DNA of 64,000 nt from a virus (lineage: Duplodnaviria > Caudoviricetes). Position numbers and translations under genes: made by a program. The notes below the pieces were generated by a model, which ran no database searches, was not told the origin of the DNA, and saw only the letters and a list, made by a program, of their open reading frames with translations. Of this stretch, positions 52,501 through 61,778 are shown piece after piece; the stretch's first letter is position 1, and each line of letters starts with the position of its first letter. The stretch spans positions 62,689 through 126,688 of IMG/VR virus record IMGVR_UViG_3300035498_000732. One strand, written 5' to 3'.

Positions 52501-55021
52501 CATTAATAGAATCAATCTTAATCTGCTTAGTTGGAATCTCATGGGATACATCTTTATTATTAGGCTCAGTGATTAATTCTTTTACAGTCTTTCCACCAAC
52601 AGATTTCTTATAGAAATCATTCCTAACTTTATCCATACGAGCTGCTCTAGCTTTATTGATTTGCCCAGAATCATTTTCATCTGCAGCTAATGCAGCAATG
52701 AGCTTAGCAACTCTTTCTTCTTCCATCTTATCTATAGCTTCATCTGTAGAAGTAGATGAAGAAGCTGCTGTATTTATTACATCAACTAATTCATCCTTAT
52801 TTGCATCAGTAGTATTATCTCTGATCTCTTTCTTAGTAGATGCCTTTTTTGTAGGTTCTGGCTCAGGAGTTACTGCTATTTTTTCTTTTTCCGCCTCAAT
52901 CTCCTTTTTTGTTTTAGCTTGTGCAATACTATCCTGCTGCTTTGCAGGCTTTTTGACATCTGTAGGAGTCTTCTTCAAAGGATCACCAACAAGATTCTTC
53001 TTTACTGGTACCATAGAATCAATCTTAATATTCTGATTAGTATTCAATCTATCAATAATATCAAGAGTAATTGCTTTTGGAGAATCACCCATCGGAGTAT
53101 CATCTTCAGGATCAGGTTCTACAAATCCACCTTCGCCAGCAGCAATGATTTTCTTAATAAGACTTACAAACTTTGTTTTTATATCTCCTTTATGCTCTTT
53201 AGAGAAATTAATCTTAAAATAACTATGAGCACCAAGAAATACTACATCCTTATCTTGGAAAATATCTTTTAAAGATGCAGACTTTAATTGCATAAGTCTA
53301 TAGATGATTGATATAGGATTTATACTTTCTTTGTATAACCACATCTTTACAGAAGGATCATCTTCCCAACCTAATATTGGAATAAATATAGTCTGCTTAG
53401 AATATCCATAATCAATAAATCTCTGATCCTGTATTAATCTCTTAAGCATTTCTGCATAAAGATCTACTGTTTTCTCTCTATTATAATTATTATTGGTAAA
53501 GAAAGATTTATTGTAGTAATAAGTATCTATAATAAGATTGAACTTATATCTTCTTGGATCAGAGTATGCATACTTAATCCATGGAAGATCCATCTTTATA
53601 GCATCATATACTCTAAAGACATCCTTTACTCTTCTCATACGATCTGCATAGAGATTAGTATACAGCATCTTATTATATTTCCTATTAGGATTTACAGCCT
53701 CTCCAAGCATAATATAACTATTTCCATTGTAGAAGTAATTTATATCAGGATCGTTAAGGAAATCACTAGGATTTATTGCAGATTCGATGTGAGCAGATTT
53801 ATCTCCTCCAGAACCCCCACTAGTGGCACCTCCAGGAGTGGGTTTCTTAATCATTGAATTAATTTTCTCGGAAGATGGTATTACATTTGCTCCATGAACT
53901 TGCTGTTTCCTTTCTTCCGATTCTACTTCCCCATCTTTATCTAAGTCTATATCTGGATTAGGCTGATTAATATCCCATATAGCTTCTACATCTCTATTTA
54001 CAGAATTAGCACCATGAACAGCAGTACGGTTCTTCATCTTAATACGACGAGTAAGTTTAGCAATACCATCTACAGACCAGTCATGATCATCTTTATTCTT
54101 AGCCTCATTAATAGCATCCTCTCTATAAAAATAATCAATAGTGCCTTTGGCATCTTTCTTTATATCTGCATAGTATTGCTTACCAATAGCCTTAATAGCT
54201 TTCTTACCAGAAGAATCTTTAACCATCTTTACGAATAACTCATTACCACCTTGCTGGTAGAGCTTATCAATTACATCTCTATCAGCCCAAATAGATCTAT
54301 CTAATCCTTCTAATTTGTAATCATCAAATAAACCAGAATGATATTTAGCTATGTCAAATACTAATGCTTTATTAGCGTCTGGAAATTCATGAATATAAAG
54401 ATAAGCAATCATGTTACAAGTAAGATAGTTATCGTATCCACCATCATATAGATCATTGAAGGTTCCTCTATCCATTACTCTAATAGCTGCAGGAGATACA
54501 CATGGCAAAGTATCTGAGCGAGATACTATAACATGTACTTTATCATCTTCCCCATTGCAATATATAGATAATCCCAAAGTCTGGCACCAGCTATTCAGAC
54601 TAGCTTCATTGATCTTTCTTTTTACATCAAGTATATCCTGTTTAAGCCCACTATATACCACTTTATGCTCATGCTTATGGAATACCTCAGCCTCATTTAC
54701 TGATGAGAATCTCTCTGGTCTTCCAATAATTATACCATGTAATTCATCATATGATTTACCTTCTGGTAGCATACATGGATCTGCATTTTCATCATATGCA
54801 TAAATCATACCATTCTCTAAACAGTAATGATATTCTATACCATCCATATCGGAAAAAATATATCCAAGGCTTTTATCCTTGAAATAATTATAAGCCTCTA
54901 AAGCACCCTGATCTTTTAGATCAAACATAAAACCATTATCTTGTGTTACTTCAGCAATCTTTCTGAAATCTTCATCAGAGTGCTCATTAAAAGCATCTAC
55001 AAGTAGTGCATCATTATACAT
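49574..55021 (-). CDS. Phage multisubunit RNA polymerase beta-like subunit with large N-terminal extension
   Basis: GNVGITRQ, HDDPFRTAM...Q, GFEDSSIMS, GDKIV...NKGV, NGRM; start moved to MYNDA (RBS gaggaggtg; late motif at 55043-55056). Confidence 0.92.
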   Translation of the reverse strand: MYNDALLVDAFNEHSDEDFRKIAEVTQDNGFMFDLKDQGALEAYNYFKDKSLGYIFSDMDGIEYHYCLENGMIYAYDENADPCMLPEGKSYDELHGIIIGRPERFSSVNEAEVFHKHEHKVVYSGLKQDILDVKRKINEASLNSWCQTLGLSIYCNGEDDKVHVIVSRSDTLPCVSPAAIRVMDRGTFNDLYDGGYDNYLTCNMIAYLYIHEFPDANKALVFDIAKYHSGLFDDYKLEGLDRSIWADRDVIDKLYQQGGNELFVKMVKDSSGKKAIKAIGKQYYADIKKDAKGTIDYFYREDAINEAKNKDDHDWSVDGIAKLTRRIKMKNRTAVHGANSVNRDVEAIWDINQPNPDIDLDKDGEVESEERKQQVHGANVIPSSEKINSMIKKPTPGGATSGGSGGDKSAHIESAINPSDFLNDPDINYFYNGNSYIMLGEAVNPNRKYNKMLYTNLYADRMRRVKDVFRVYDAIKMDLPWIKYAYSDPRRYKFNLIIDTYYYNKSFFTNNNYNREKTVDLYAEMLKRLIQDQRFIDYGYSKQTIFIPILGWEDDPSVKMWLYKESINPISIIYRLMQLKSASLKDIFQDKDVVFLGAHSYFKINFSKEHKGDIKTKFVSLIKKIIAAGEGGFVEPDPEDDTPMGDSPKAITLDIIDRLNTNQNIKIDSMVPVKKNLVGDPLKKTPTDVKKPAKQQDSIAQAKTKKEIEAEKEKIAVTPEPEPTKKASTKKEIRDNTTDANKDELVDVINTAASSSTSTDEAIDKMEEERVAKLIAALAADENDSGQINKARAARMDKVRNDFYKKSVGGKTVKELITEPNNKDVSHEIPTKQIKIDSINEEWNELTYANFDKTYNVNSDIVAILNSMADWTYPIVVRDLDVKDNSTALDYVDLWTVHCEDSFGKRFTLKFDVPKFMNENRYMMLRGNRKTIETQLFLMPILKTDEGDAQIVSNYNKIFIRRFNTAPGKSNRSSDILVRSLKKYKGNNIKIYYGDNSRICSKYSLPIDYIDLAQVYSKIEYNDLIYYFDQDEIRQKYSIDDSRGIPFGVHKNGKDQSKWDIIYLSNNDSYSITSTILSVLDQDKEFADISKSIPKKTKYTYSRARILNSDIPLIALCGYYEGLTRVFDKAGVHYELMEKLPTDVRKDESKDYVKFEDGYLVWTGDQSVSLLMNGLKECNTEDYKLADLNSKAMNTDFVTQFCSKIKTDGLDVFYDCMIDPITKDVLNHYNLPTDFVECLLYANTLLVDNEYYKHTDMRARRIRRAELIAGYVYKAITDAYSVYTIQAKHTRTGASMSMKQSAVIDRILLDPTEKDYSTNNMLTDVESVNAISTKGLTGLNSERAYSLDKRTYDDSMLNVIGMSTGFAGNVGITRQATLDMNVEGKRGYVKTIDNDTTQLNDVKTMEATEALTPMGATHDDPFRTAMTFVQKSKHGMRCINADPLLVTNGADEALPYIASDIFAFKAKAPGEVIELVPDDYMIVQYKNGSKDYINLSTTVQKNSDGGFHIPLKLDTDLRVGSKFKTDEILAYDKLSIGNTVGENDNMAYKVGTLAKVAMLNTDEGFEDSSIMSHRLSDAMACDVIKVKQVLLPKNTNVYNVLSKGTHIEEGDQLMAFQTPYESEDLEILQRNLAGDEEQLSSLGRVPIRAECTGELVDVIIYRTCELDELSPSLKKLVTAYEKPIKAKKRVLEQNGLDTYELPATYKLPATGKLKNVEDGIMIEFCQQYRDVPAIGDKIVWYSANKGVNKGLFPLGEEPYTDLRPNEVIDGFITNTSVNGRMVCSIAVVGALNKLMVELDRTCKEKLGIPFDDTKA

Positions 55022-55116
55022 GGCACACCTCCTCATGAAATAATTATATATTTGTTCCACTAGTCCAAAATGGCAAAAAAAGAATGGACTAATATTAGTC
55101 CATTCTATTTTTTCTA

Positions 55117-55569
55117 TTATACATGTGCAATAAATATATGATCTAATATTGTTGGAGCATCCATCTTCACTTCATATGTGCATACTGGCGCCTCAGTTTT
55201 TGCATATAATTCTATCTCAAGAGCTAATTCTGGAGATCTTTTTCTAATGCAATTCATTACATTATAATCATTATTTCTTCTCCTATTCATTCCCTTAAGA
55301 GTATAGTATGCTTCTCTAGATAATTTGGCGCTATCATATAACTTTCTAAGTGTATATTGCTTATACTTCATTACATCATATTCTGATGGAAGTTTATTAC
55401 TAATATTAAAACGTACATCATCATATACAATTTTTATAGGTTCTGGCTTTTTATAAGCAATCATAATGCCCCAGAACTTAAATCTATTTTTAATATCTTG
55501 TACACACTTTTTCGCTTTTCTACATTTAATTTTAGAATGCTTCTTTTTAATTCTTTCTTTCTTATTCAT
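55117..55569 (-). CDS. Basic hypothetical protein
   Basis: MNKKERIKKKH; paralogous to the upstream gene. Confidence 0.6.
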   Translation of the reverse strand: MNKKERIKKKHSKIKCRKAKKCVQDIKNRFKFWGIMIAYKKPEPIKIVYDDVRFNISNKLPSEYDVMKYKQYTLRKLYDSAKLSREAYYTLKGMNRRRNNDYNVMNCIRKRSPELALEIELYAKTEAPVCTYEVKMDAPTILDHIFIAHV

Positions 55570-55814
55570 TATATCCTCCACTTTATATTATAGCAATCAC
55601 CATTAAATCGTATATCTTCATATTTCTTCCCTGGTACAGGTTTGCATTTATATAGATGGCTCATAGCTTTACTCATATCAGTCATTATATCCTTAAAAGC
55701 ATTTTTACGATATCTAATGAATTTAAAATTAGCATCTATATTTTTCATCTCCTTTAGATACCTTCTATTTTCTATTGAATTGTGCTTCTTAATACGTCTT
55801 ACTTTCTTATTCAT
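55569..55814 (-). CDS. Basic hypothetical protein
   Basis: MNKKVRRIKKH; RBS aaggag. Confidence 0.6.
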   Translation of the reverse strand: MNKKVRRIKKHNSIENRRYLKEMKNIDANFKFIRYRKNAFKDIMTDMSKAMSHLYKCKPVPGKKYEDIRFNGDCYNIKWRI

Positions 55815-55826
55815 ATTATTCTCCTT

Positions 55827-56567
55827 TCACATATCATCTAATTTATCAAAGAATGAATTACTTTTCTTTTCTGGTTTTACTTTATGGCCTTTAATAGATG
55901 CATCGCATCTATTATCATCTGAAAAGTCTTCATCATATTTATACGTCGCTAAATCATATACGTTCTCTCCTAAGTCTGGTTTAATGAAATTAACCATTCC
56001 AATAGCACATCCATACATATCCATACTACTAATTAAGTATACCCATTCCATGAACTTATCTACATCTATATCTGCATATTGTCCACCATTTAATATAACT
56101 CTAACCCCCTCTACTTGATTATCATTATCATAAGTAATTACAACCGGTTCTAATTCCAAATACTTTCCAGATAAATTATATATTTTTATAGATTTTGGTT
56201 TCCCAATAATATGAAGTTTCTTTTTCTTATCCTTGCCAAATACTCCATCAGAAAACCATTTACTAGCCAGCTTTAATTGAGTCTTCATGTTTATCATATC
56301 CTTTGCTTTAATCAATACACTAGATTCATATTCATATCTTACATCTATAGAGAGATAATAATCAAAGTGCCTACGTACTGTAAGCACTTTGCCATAATCA
56401 TTATATCTAGAATCATATTTGACTTCATTTAAATAATGTCTTCTTCCGCCAGATGCAGTCTTAGATGATAATCTTACATTAAATCGTAAAACTATTTCTT
56501 TTGAGAACCATATAAGATCATCAGTGATCTTATCATAGTCTAAAAAACTAACACACTTCTCTGCCAT
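55827..56567 (-). CDS. Hypothetical protein
   Basis: 246 aa; motif taca-tattag-taat upstream. Confidence 0.7.
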   Translation of the reverse strand: MAEKCVSFLDYDKITDDLIWFSKEIVLRFNVRLSSKTASGGRRHYLNEVKYDSRYNDYGKVLTVRRHFDYYLSIDVRYEYESSVLIKAKDMINMKTQLKLASKWFSDGVFGKDKKKKLHIIGKPKSIKIYNLSGKYLELEPVVITYDNDNQVEGVRVILNGGQYADIDVDKFMEWVYLISSMDMYGCAIGMVNFIKPDLGENVYDLATYKYDEDFSDDNRCDASIKGHKVKPEKKSNSFFDKLDDM

Positions 56568-56608
56568 TACTGCACTTCCCCTACTCTATTATTACTAATA
56601 TGTAGATC

Positions 56609-56869
56609 TTAGTGTATTTTACCACTCCAGTCTAACTTAGCACCACATTCATGACAGAATTTATCTGATTCAGTGACTCCTTTTTGGCATCTAGGGCAAA
56701 CACCACAAGTAATTCCACCAAGTACTTCATATGTATTCACCGGAATTACAGGTTCTAAATTTTTATGTTGCTCTTGTGCATATTCTAACTCCTTTTGTAG
56801 CCACTCTAAATTATCATCACTAATCACATCTCCACCTGCAAATGCATTTACAATACTAGAAATATCCAT
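56609..56869 (-). CDS. Zinc-ribbon protein
   Basis: CPRC...FCHECGAKLDW; RBS ggagg; late motif at 56898. Confidence 0.7.
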   Translation of the reverse strand: MDISSIVNAFAGGDVISDDNLEWLQKELEYAQEQHKNLEPVIPVNTYEVLGGITCGVCPRCQKGVTESDKFCHECGAKLDWSGKIH

Positions 56870-56975
56870 ATCAATACCTCCAATTCGAACTTTTAAAATT
56901 ATTATATTGTTCCAGATTCTATCAAATACCAAAAAAAAAAAAAGGCTGGGAAATTTCCCAGCCTTTTTATGATGA

Positions 56976-58880
56976 TTAATCTACTAAACCAAGCTGCAAT
57001 CTCTCTGCATCATGTTTAGCAAATTCCTCATCAGAAACGTCCAGATCTATCACGTTAGACCTGCAGAACTTATTGATCCTTTCTGCAAATCTACGAGCAT
57101 TCGTTCCAGATGCCCTGAACAGATTAGCACCGGAACTACCGAATCTGACATCCAGAACCAGCCCATCATAGAACTTATTTGCTGAAGCAAAATATGACAG
57201 ACTTGTTTTCCCAGACGTCAGAGTGAAAGCCTCTGGTGATTCGTAGTTCGAAACCTTAAACCTGATATCACACATATTACTGTCTAATACATCAGTGAAA
57301 GGCTTCATCTTCCCTACTACGATAGGGAGATCATTCTTCGGAATTCCCTTGTAATCTACATGGGAGAAGAATGATCTATTTATGATCGTTTTATTATTGT
57401 CCCGATGCCAGTCTGTTTCACTGTACTGACCATGCTGGACAAGCCTATCCGCATTTTCAAATTCGCAGTATATATCATACAGCGGATTCAAATCAAAGTT
57501 TGATCCACTGCGTGGTATTACCACTGAAAAATACGGATTTATTTTTGCAGGATCAATATAAAATACTCCTGCTGGTGCAGCATCATCTCTGTTGCTGACC
57601 TCGGCCACTACGAGGCCATGATAATTTCCAAAATTCACCTTCTGATCTTCTCGTAGTAGCTTTCGGAAACCATCAAGTTCTGGATATGACTTGAGTAGCC
57701 TCCTATTAGTCACGCTAGCACTATCTGGCACTAACGCGTGAGGATTGTTAGCCCTGGTTCGCTCCTCAATCCTCTCATCTTGGGTGATCTTATCGGCATC
57801 ACCCTTTGCACGACCGATAGTAGCAACGATATTATCATCTGCCACCGCATCGCGCACTTTATTAATTAGTGCATCAACAGAATCCTTGTTGGCATTAAGA
57901 TAGGCAACAATGGATTTTGCTACATCTTTGCTAATGAGATTTTCAAAAATTGTAGCAATAAACTTAATATAATCATCTGATGTGATTTTATTAAGTATAG
58001 CACTGAAATCTTCAGTGCTGATATTGTTGATGCTTTCGCAGTCTACATTGCCAATATAATCATTCAGTACATGAATCATATTGACAAGTTCCGACACATC
58101 TTTTGATAATGCTGACTTAGTGTCATTATCAGCATATTTCTTAACAAGCCTTTTGTAGCTATTTATCATAAAGCCACCATGTATCTTCTGGCCTGTCAAG
58201 ATTGCCTCTGGAATCTGCTTTATAGAGTCTAGAAGCTTCCCAAACTCGTATGTTTTTAGAAGCTCATCAGCAGTTCCAGTGTAGCCAATATCAGCGGCTA
58301 CTACCTTCGCTATCTTATGTGCGAACGTATCGATCGACATATCTGATAGCAGAGTAACTACATACCCATTCTCAGAGTCTTCAGGATGCTGCTGTTCCGC
58401 AGCATCTATAATATTAGCATCTATAATATTATTATCAATGCTGGAAACAATCTCAACCGCTGGAAGCGCTCTGTCGAGTATATATTCCTCCAGTCCCATC
58501 TCAAGGCATACCTGATTATATATACCTTTTAATTCTGCCTTTTCCGGTGATCTGAAGAAAGGCATGTCATACCCAATAAATTTTCGGTACAACATGTCCT
58601 GAACAAAGAGCCTGTACTCATAGGCACTTCGTTCAATACCCTCTAGCTGGTATATGCTAGAGATCGGATAATAACCGATATTGATGGCTACTGAACCATC
58701 ATCGTTGGTTATATCCATGCGCCCTCTGTTACCAGGAATGCCATAATACTTACGGTCTTCCTTAGTAAGCTCGGACGCTTTCATGTTGGCAACCTGATAT
58801 GCCCTATATTGTTTTACAATATAATTGGCATCCTTAATACCCATTGCTTCTGCAAAATCTTTGTATTCTTTGTTATTCAT
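56976..58880 (-). CDS. Hypothetical protein (634 aa, putative early)
   Basis: RBS aaggagg; early-type AT-rich promoter near 58968. Confidence 0.75.
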   Translation of the reverse strand: MNNKEYKDFAEAMGIKDANYIVKQYRAYQVANMKASELTKEDRKYYGIPGNRGRMDITNDDGSVAINIGYYPISSIYQLEGIERSAYEYRLFVQDMLYRKFIGYDMPFFRSPEKAELKGIYNQVCLEMGLEEYILDRALPAVEIVSSIDNNIIDANIIDAAEQQHPEDSENGYVVTLLSDMSIDTFAHKIAKVVAADIGYTGTADELLKTYEFGKLLDSIKQIPEAILTGQKIHGGFMINSYKRLVKKYADNDTKSALSKDVSELVNMIHVLNDYIGNVDCESINNISTEDFSAILNKITSDDYIKFIATIFENLISKDVAKSIVAYLNANKDSVDALINKVRDAVADDNIVATIGRAKGDADKITQDERIEERTRANNPHALVPDSASVTNRRLLKSYPELDGFRKLLREDQKVNFGNYHGLVVAEVSNRDDAAPAGVFYIDPAKINPYFSVVIPRSGSNFDLNPLYDIYCEFENADRLVQHGQYSETDWHRDNNKTIINRSFFSHVDYKGIPKNDLPIVVGKMKPFTDVLDSNMCDIRFKVSNYESPEAFTLTSGKTSLSYFASANKFYDGLVLDVRFGSSGANLFRASGTNARRFAERINKFCRSNVIDLDVSDEEFAKHDAERLQLGLVD

Positions 58881-59017
58881 AATGATTTCCTCCTTATCAT
58901 TATAAAATAATCAGGTACTCAATGTTTCTTCTATTAGAGAACCCGATATCACTTTAGTTTCATGGGTATTATATATAATTGAAATAATTAAAAAATGCAA
59001 ATAAAAATATTGTATTT

Positions 59018-59141
59018 CCGTTTTTTTTTTTACATATTTATAATGTATCTATTATAAAATATTATATGGAGGTAATTTAAATATGATTGATATGAATCAA
59101 AGTATTGAGGCCATTATGCAAGAATGTGACTATATTGCTGA
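59018..59141 (+). repeat. Left arm of ~124-bp inverted repeat (promoter, RBS and first 20 codons)
   Basis: Reverse complement of 59901..60025 except for one synonymous change and T11 versus T12. Confidence 0.95.
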
Positions 59142-59481
59142 GCATAAAGAAGATATTAATGATCAGTATAATATGAACAGAGCTCATGAAAGAATGTCTG
59201 GCGACCATAGATATGCAAAAGCATATAGAGCCAATAAGCAAGATACAAGAGATGTACTTAGTCAAAAGATACCAAAGAGCTATGGGGATAAACCAGAATA
59301 TCATACTAGAAGTATGGCTGATAAGAGAAAGCTTGACAGCAATCCCACAGCAAGGGCCATGAGGGATGGTTATAAGAGAGCAGCTGAAGGGAAATTATCT
59401 AGAAAAGAGATGCACAGAAATCTAGATTCACTCGGATATAAAGAATCATCTATTTTTGATGATTTATTAGATCTAGTTTAA
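59083..59481 (+). CDS. Putative internal head protein A (constant leader, basic variable core, constant tail)
   Basis: MIDMNQSIEAIMQECDYIAE...ESSIFDDLLDLV. Confidence 0.7.
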   Translation: MIDMNQSIEAIMQECDYIAEHKEDINDQYNMNRAHERMSGDHRYAKAYRANKQDTRDVLSQKIPKSYGDKPEYHTRSMADKRKLDSNPTARAMRDGYKRAAEGKLSRKEMHRNLDSLGYKESSIFDDLLDLV

Positions 59482-59500
59482 TAAAAAAAAAAATACATAG

Positions 59501-59522
59501 GAGTGCTAATATATTAGCACTC
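59501..59522. terminator. Bidirectional terminator between convergent paralogs
   Basis: Perfect palindrome gagtgctaatatattagcactc flanked by A- and T-tracts. Confidence 0.8.
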
Positions 59523-59527
59523 TTATT

Positions 59528-59959
59528 TTATACTAAATCAAGTAAGTCATCAAAGATAGATGATTCATTAGCTGCTCTTCTAGCACGCTTTCTATCATTG
59601 CTGTTTCCAGATACTCCATGGAACTCCTGCTTTTTCCTTCTCCATTCTTCATGTTTATTATTTGATATATCCGCTTTATCTTTATTTTTCTTTAGAGCAC
59701 TTACAGTAGATCGATAATCTTCTGCAGTTTTCATTCCGCCAGTTTGCTTACGCTCCACTGCACGCGCTCTGCCACTTCTATACCCTTTTTCCAGATATCC
59801 AGCATCATTTCCATTCCATCTCAAACCATATTCGTGCTTATTAGTACCATATGACATATTTCTTCCAACACTATATCCTATCTCACTATCGCCTTTCACT
59901 TCAGCAATATAATCACATTCTTGCATAATGGCCTCAATACTTTGATTCATATCAATCAT
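59528..59959 (-). CDS. Putative internal head protein B
   Basis: Same 20-aa leader and 12-aa tail as 59083..59481; unrelated core. Confidence 0.7.
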   Translation of the reverse strand: MIDMNQSIEAIMQECDYIAEVKGDSEIGYSVGRNMSYGTNKHEYGLRWNGNDAGYLEKGYRSGRARAVERKQTGGMKTAEDYRSTVSALKKNKDKADISNNKHEEWRRKKQEFHGVSGNSNDRKRARRAANESSIFDDLLDLV

Positions 59960-60025
59960 ATTTAAATTACCTCCATATAATATTTTATAATAGATACATT
60001 ATAAATATGTAAAAAAAAAAAACGG
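59901..60025 (-). repeat. Right arm of ~124-bp inverted repeat
   Basis: See 59018..59141. Confidence 0.95.
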
Positions 60026-60048
60026 TAAAATGTAATATTTTATATATT

Positions 60049-60124
60049 CTGTATTTACGAGTTCTGGCACTTTCACAGTACCCAAGGGCGTTAAGAGCAT
60101 CGATGTCTTCTGTGTAGGTGGTGG
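60049..60124 (+). repeat. 76-bp cassette-head repeat, copy A
   Basis: ctgtatttacgagttctggcactttcacagt(a/g)cccaagggcgttaagagcatcgatgtcttctgtgtaggtggtgg. Confidence 0.97.
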
Positions 60125-60941
60125 AGGATCAGGAGGAAAAAGTTATTATAAGTATGGTTATGATGGTTATGGAACGTCATACTATTATTTTAGTGGCCAT
60201 GGTGGGGCAGGCGGAATTACTAAAACAGTGACTTCAACTGTTACACCTGGAGAAAAAATAAGTGTGTCTATTGGATCTGGTGGAAATGCAAGTAATGCAC
60301 CTGGTGGTGGTAAAATGGGTGGTGCATATGGATCTGATACACAAGTTAATCATGGCAGTGAATTTAATTCATCAAAGATTTCTGTAGCATATGGAGGTGG
60401 AACTGTTATGTATGATAGCAGTTCACAATCTCAAATATTTACTAGCAATAGGGATTACACCTTTACACGAAATGGTGGCAGTGGAGGGGGTGCAGGTGCA
60501 AATAAATATTACTACGGAGAACAAGGCTTTAGTAATTATGGATATCCAACATACGCTGGTTATGATGGAAAAGGTGATCGAAGTGATGCATATAGTACTT
60601 CATTTTATGGTAACACTGGCCAAGGAACCACTACACGATACTTTGGTGAGTCTAATGGTACACTCTATGCTAGTGGAGGTGGTGGCGGAGGATACAATTT
60701 TTGGAGTAATGGAACAAATTACACTTTTTTAGATTATCACTTTAATGCATATGGGGCAAATGGCGGCTACAAATACACAGGAATGTTTTCTTCTGCTAAT
60801 ATATATTACAGTGCCGATAGTGCAAATTCAAATACTGGCAATGGCGGTGGAGGAGCTGCTATGGGAGAATATGACTATATAGATGAATGTGGAGGATCAG
60901 GTGGATCTGGAATAGCCATTATACGTTGGGGAAAGAAATAA
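60051..60941 (+). other. Silent glycine-rich adhesin cassette A (no start codon or RBS)
   Basis: Frame open from VFTSSGTFTVPKG to AIIRWGKK; in-frame TAA at 60033 upstream. Confidence 0.85.
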
Positions 60942-61014
60942 AAAGAGAATATAATAGAGAGCACTATTAATAGTGCTCTCTTTATTTTTATTTACCCCAT
61001 CTTATTATTGCAAC
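60924..61014 (+). repeat. ~91-bp direct repeat (3' ends of cassettes plus palindromic terminator), second copy at 63002..63093
   Basis: cgttggggaaagaaataa...agagagcactattaatagtgctctct...ttattattgcaac; two differences between copies. Confidence 0.9.
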
Positions 61015-61778
61015 TCCACTACCACCATATTTTACTCCACTACTAGCACCATTTCCTGTTCCAGCAGACGGAGTACTGTAGCTTCCTCCAGAATAATTAT
61101 ACCCATCACCTCCGGTAGAGTAGAGTGTTCCATTACTCTCTCCGAAGTATCTTGTAGTGGTACCTTGGCCTTTGCAATATCTTAAACCGCTATAATATAT
61201 AGCATGATATAAATTGTCTCTACCATAATATTGGTAATAATCATAAGGTGTTGATGTACACCTTATATATCCATCTCCTCCATCTTTACCACCATACCCA
61301 GTAAATATTGTATAGCTAACTAAATATGGGGTACTACCTGCATTACTAAGAACCATACCGCATCCACCACTTCCTCCACTCCCTCCCATAATTGCTGTAC
61401 TATATATATATGCTGAAGGGTAATAGCATACATAGTAGCAAGATGTGCCATTACCATATCCATTTGATCCAGCACCACCTCCTTTAGCTGTGCAAAAAGA
61501 TCCAACAGATGTGTCACCACCATAGTTGGTACTTGACCACGAATCCGCTTTTCCGCCAGGAGCAATAGTCACCGCAATAGATTGGCCTGGAGTTACAGAT
61601 ATACCAGATTTAGTTGCAGTATAGCCTCCACCGCCACCACCAGATGGCTGATTTGAACTGGCATTAGGCCCATGGCCTTCCCACCCGCTACCCCCACCAC
61701 CTACACAGAAGACATCGATGCTCTTAACGCCCTTGGGCACTGTGAAAGTGCCAGAACTCGTAAATACAGTTTCCCCAG
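60988..61778 (-). other. Silent glycine-rich adhesin cassette B
   Basis: GETVFTSSGTFTVPKG...AIIRWGK; in-frame TAA at 61804-61806 upstream and no ATG/RBS. Confidence 0.85.
61694..61769 (-). repeat. 76-bp cassette-head repeat, copy B
   Basis: Identical to copy C; match to C extends 9 bp further (ctggggaaa). Confidence 0.97.
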
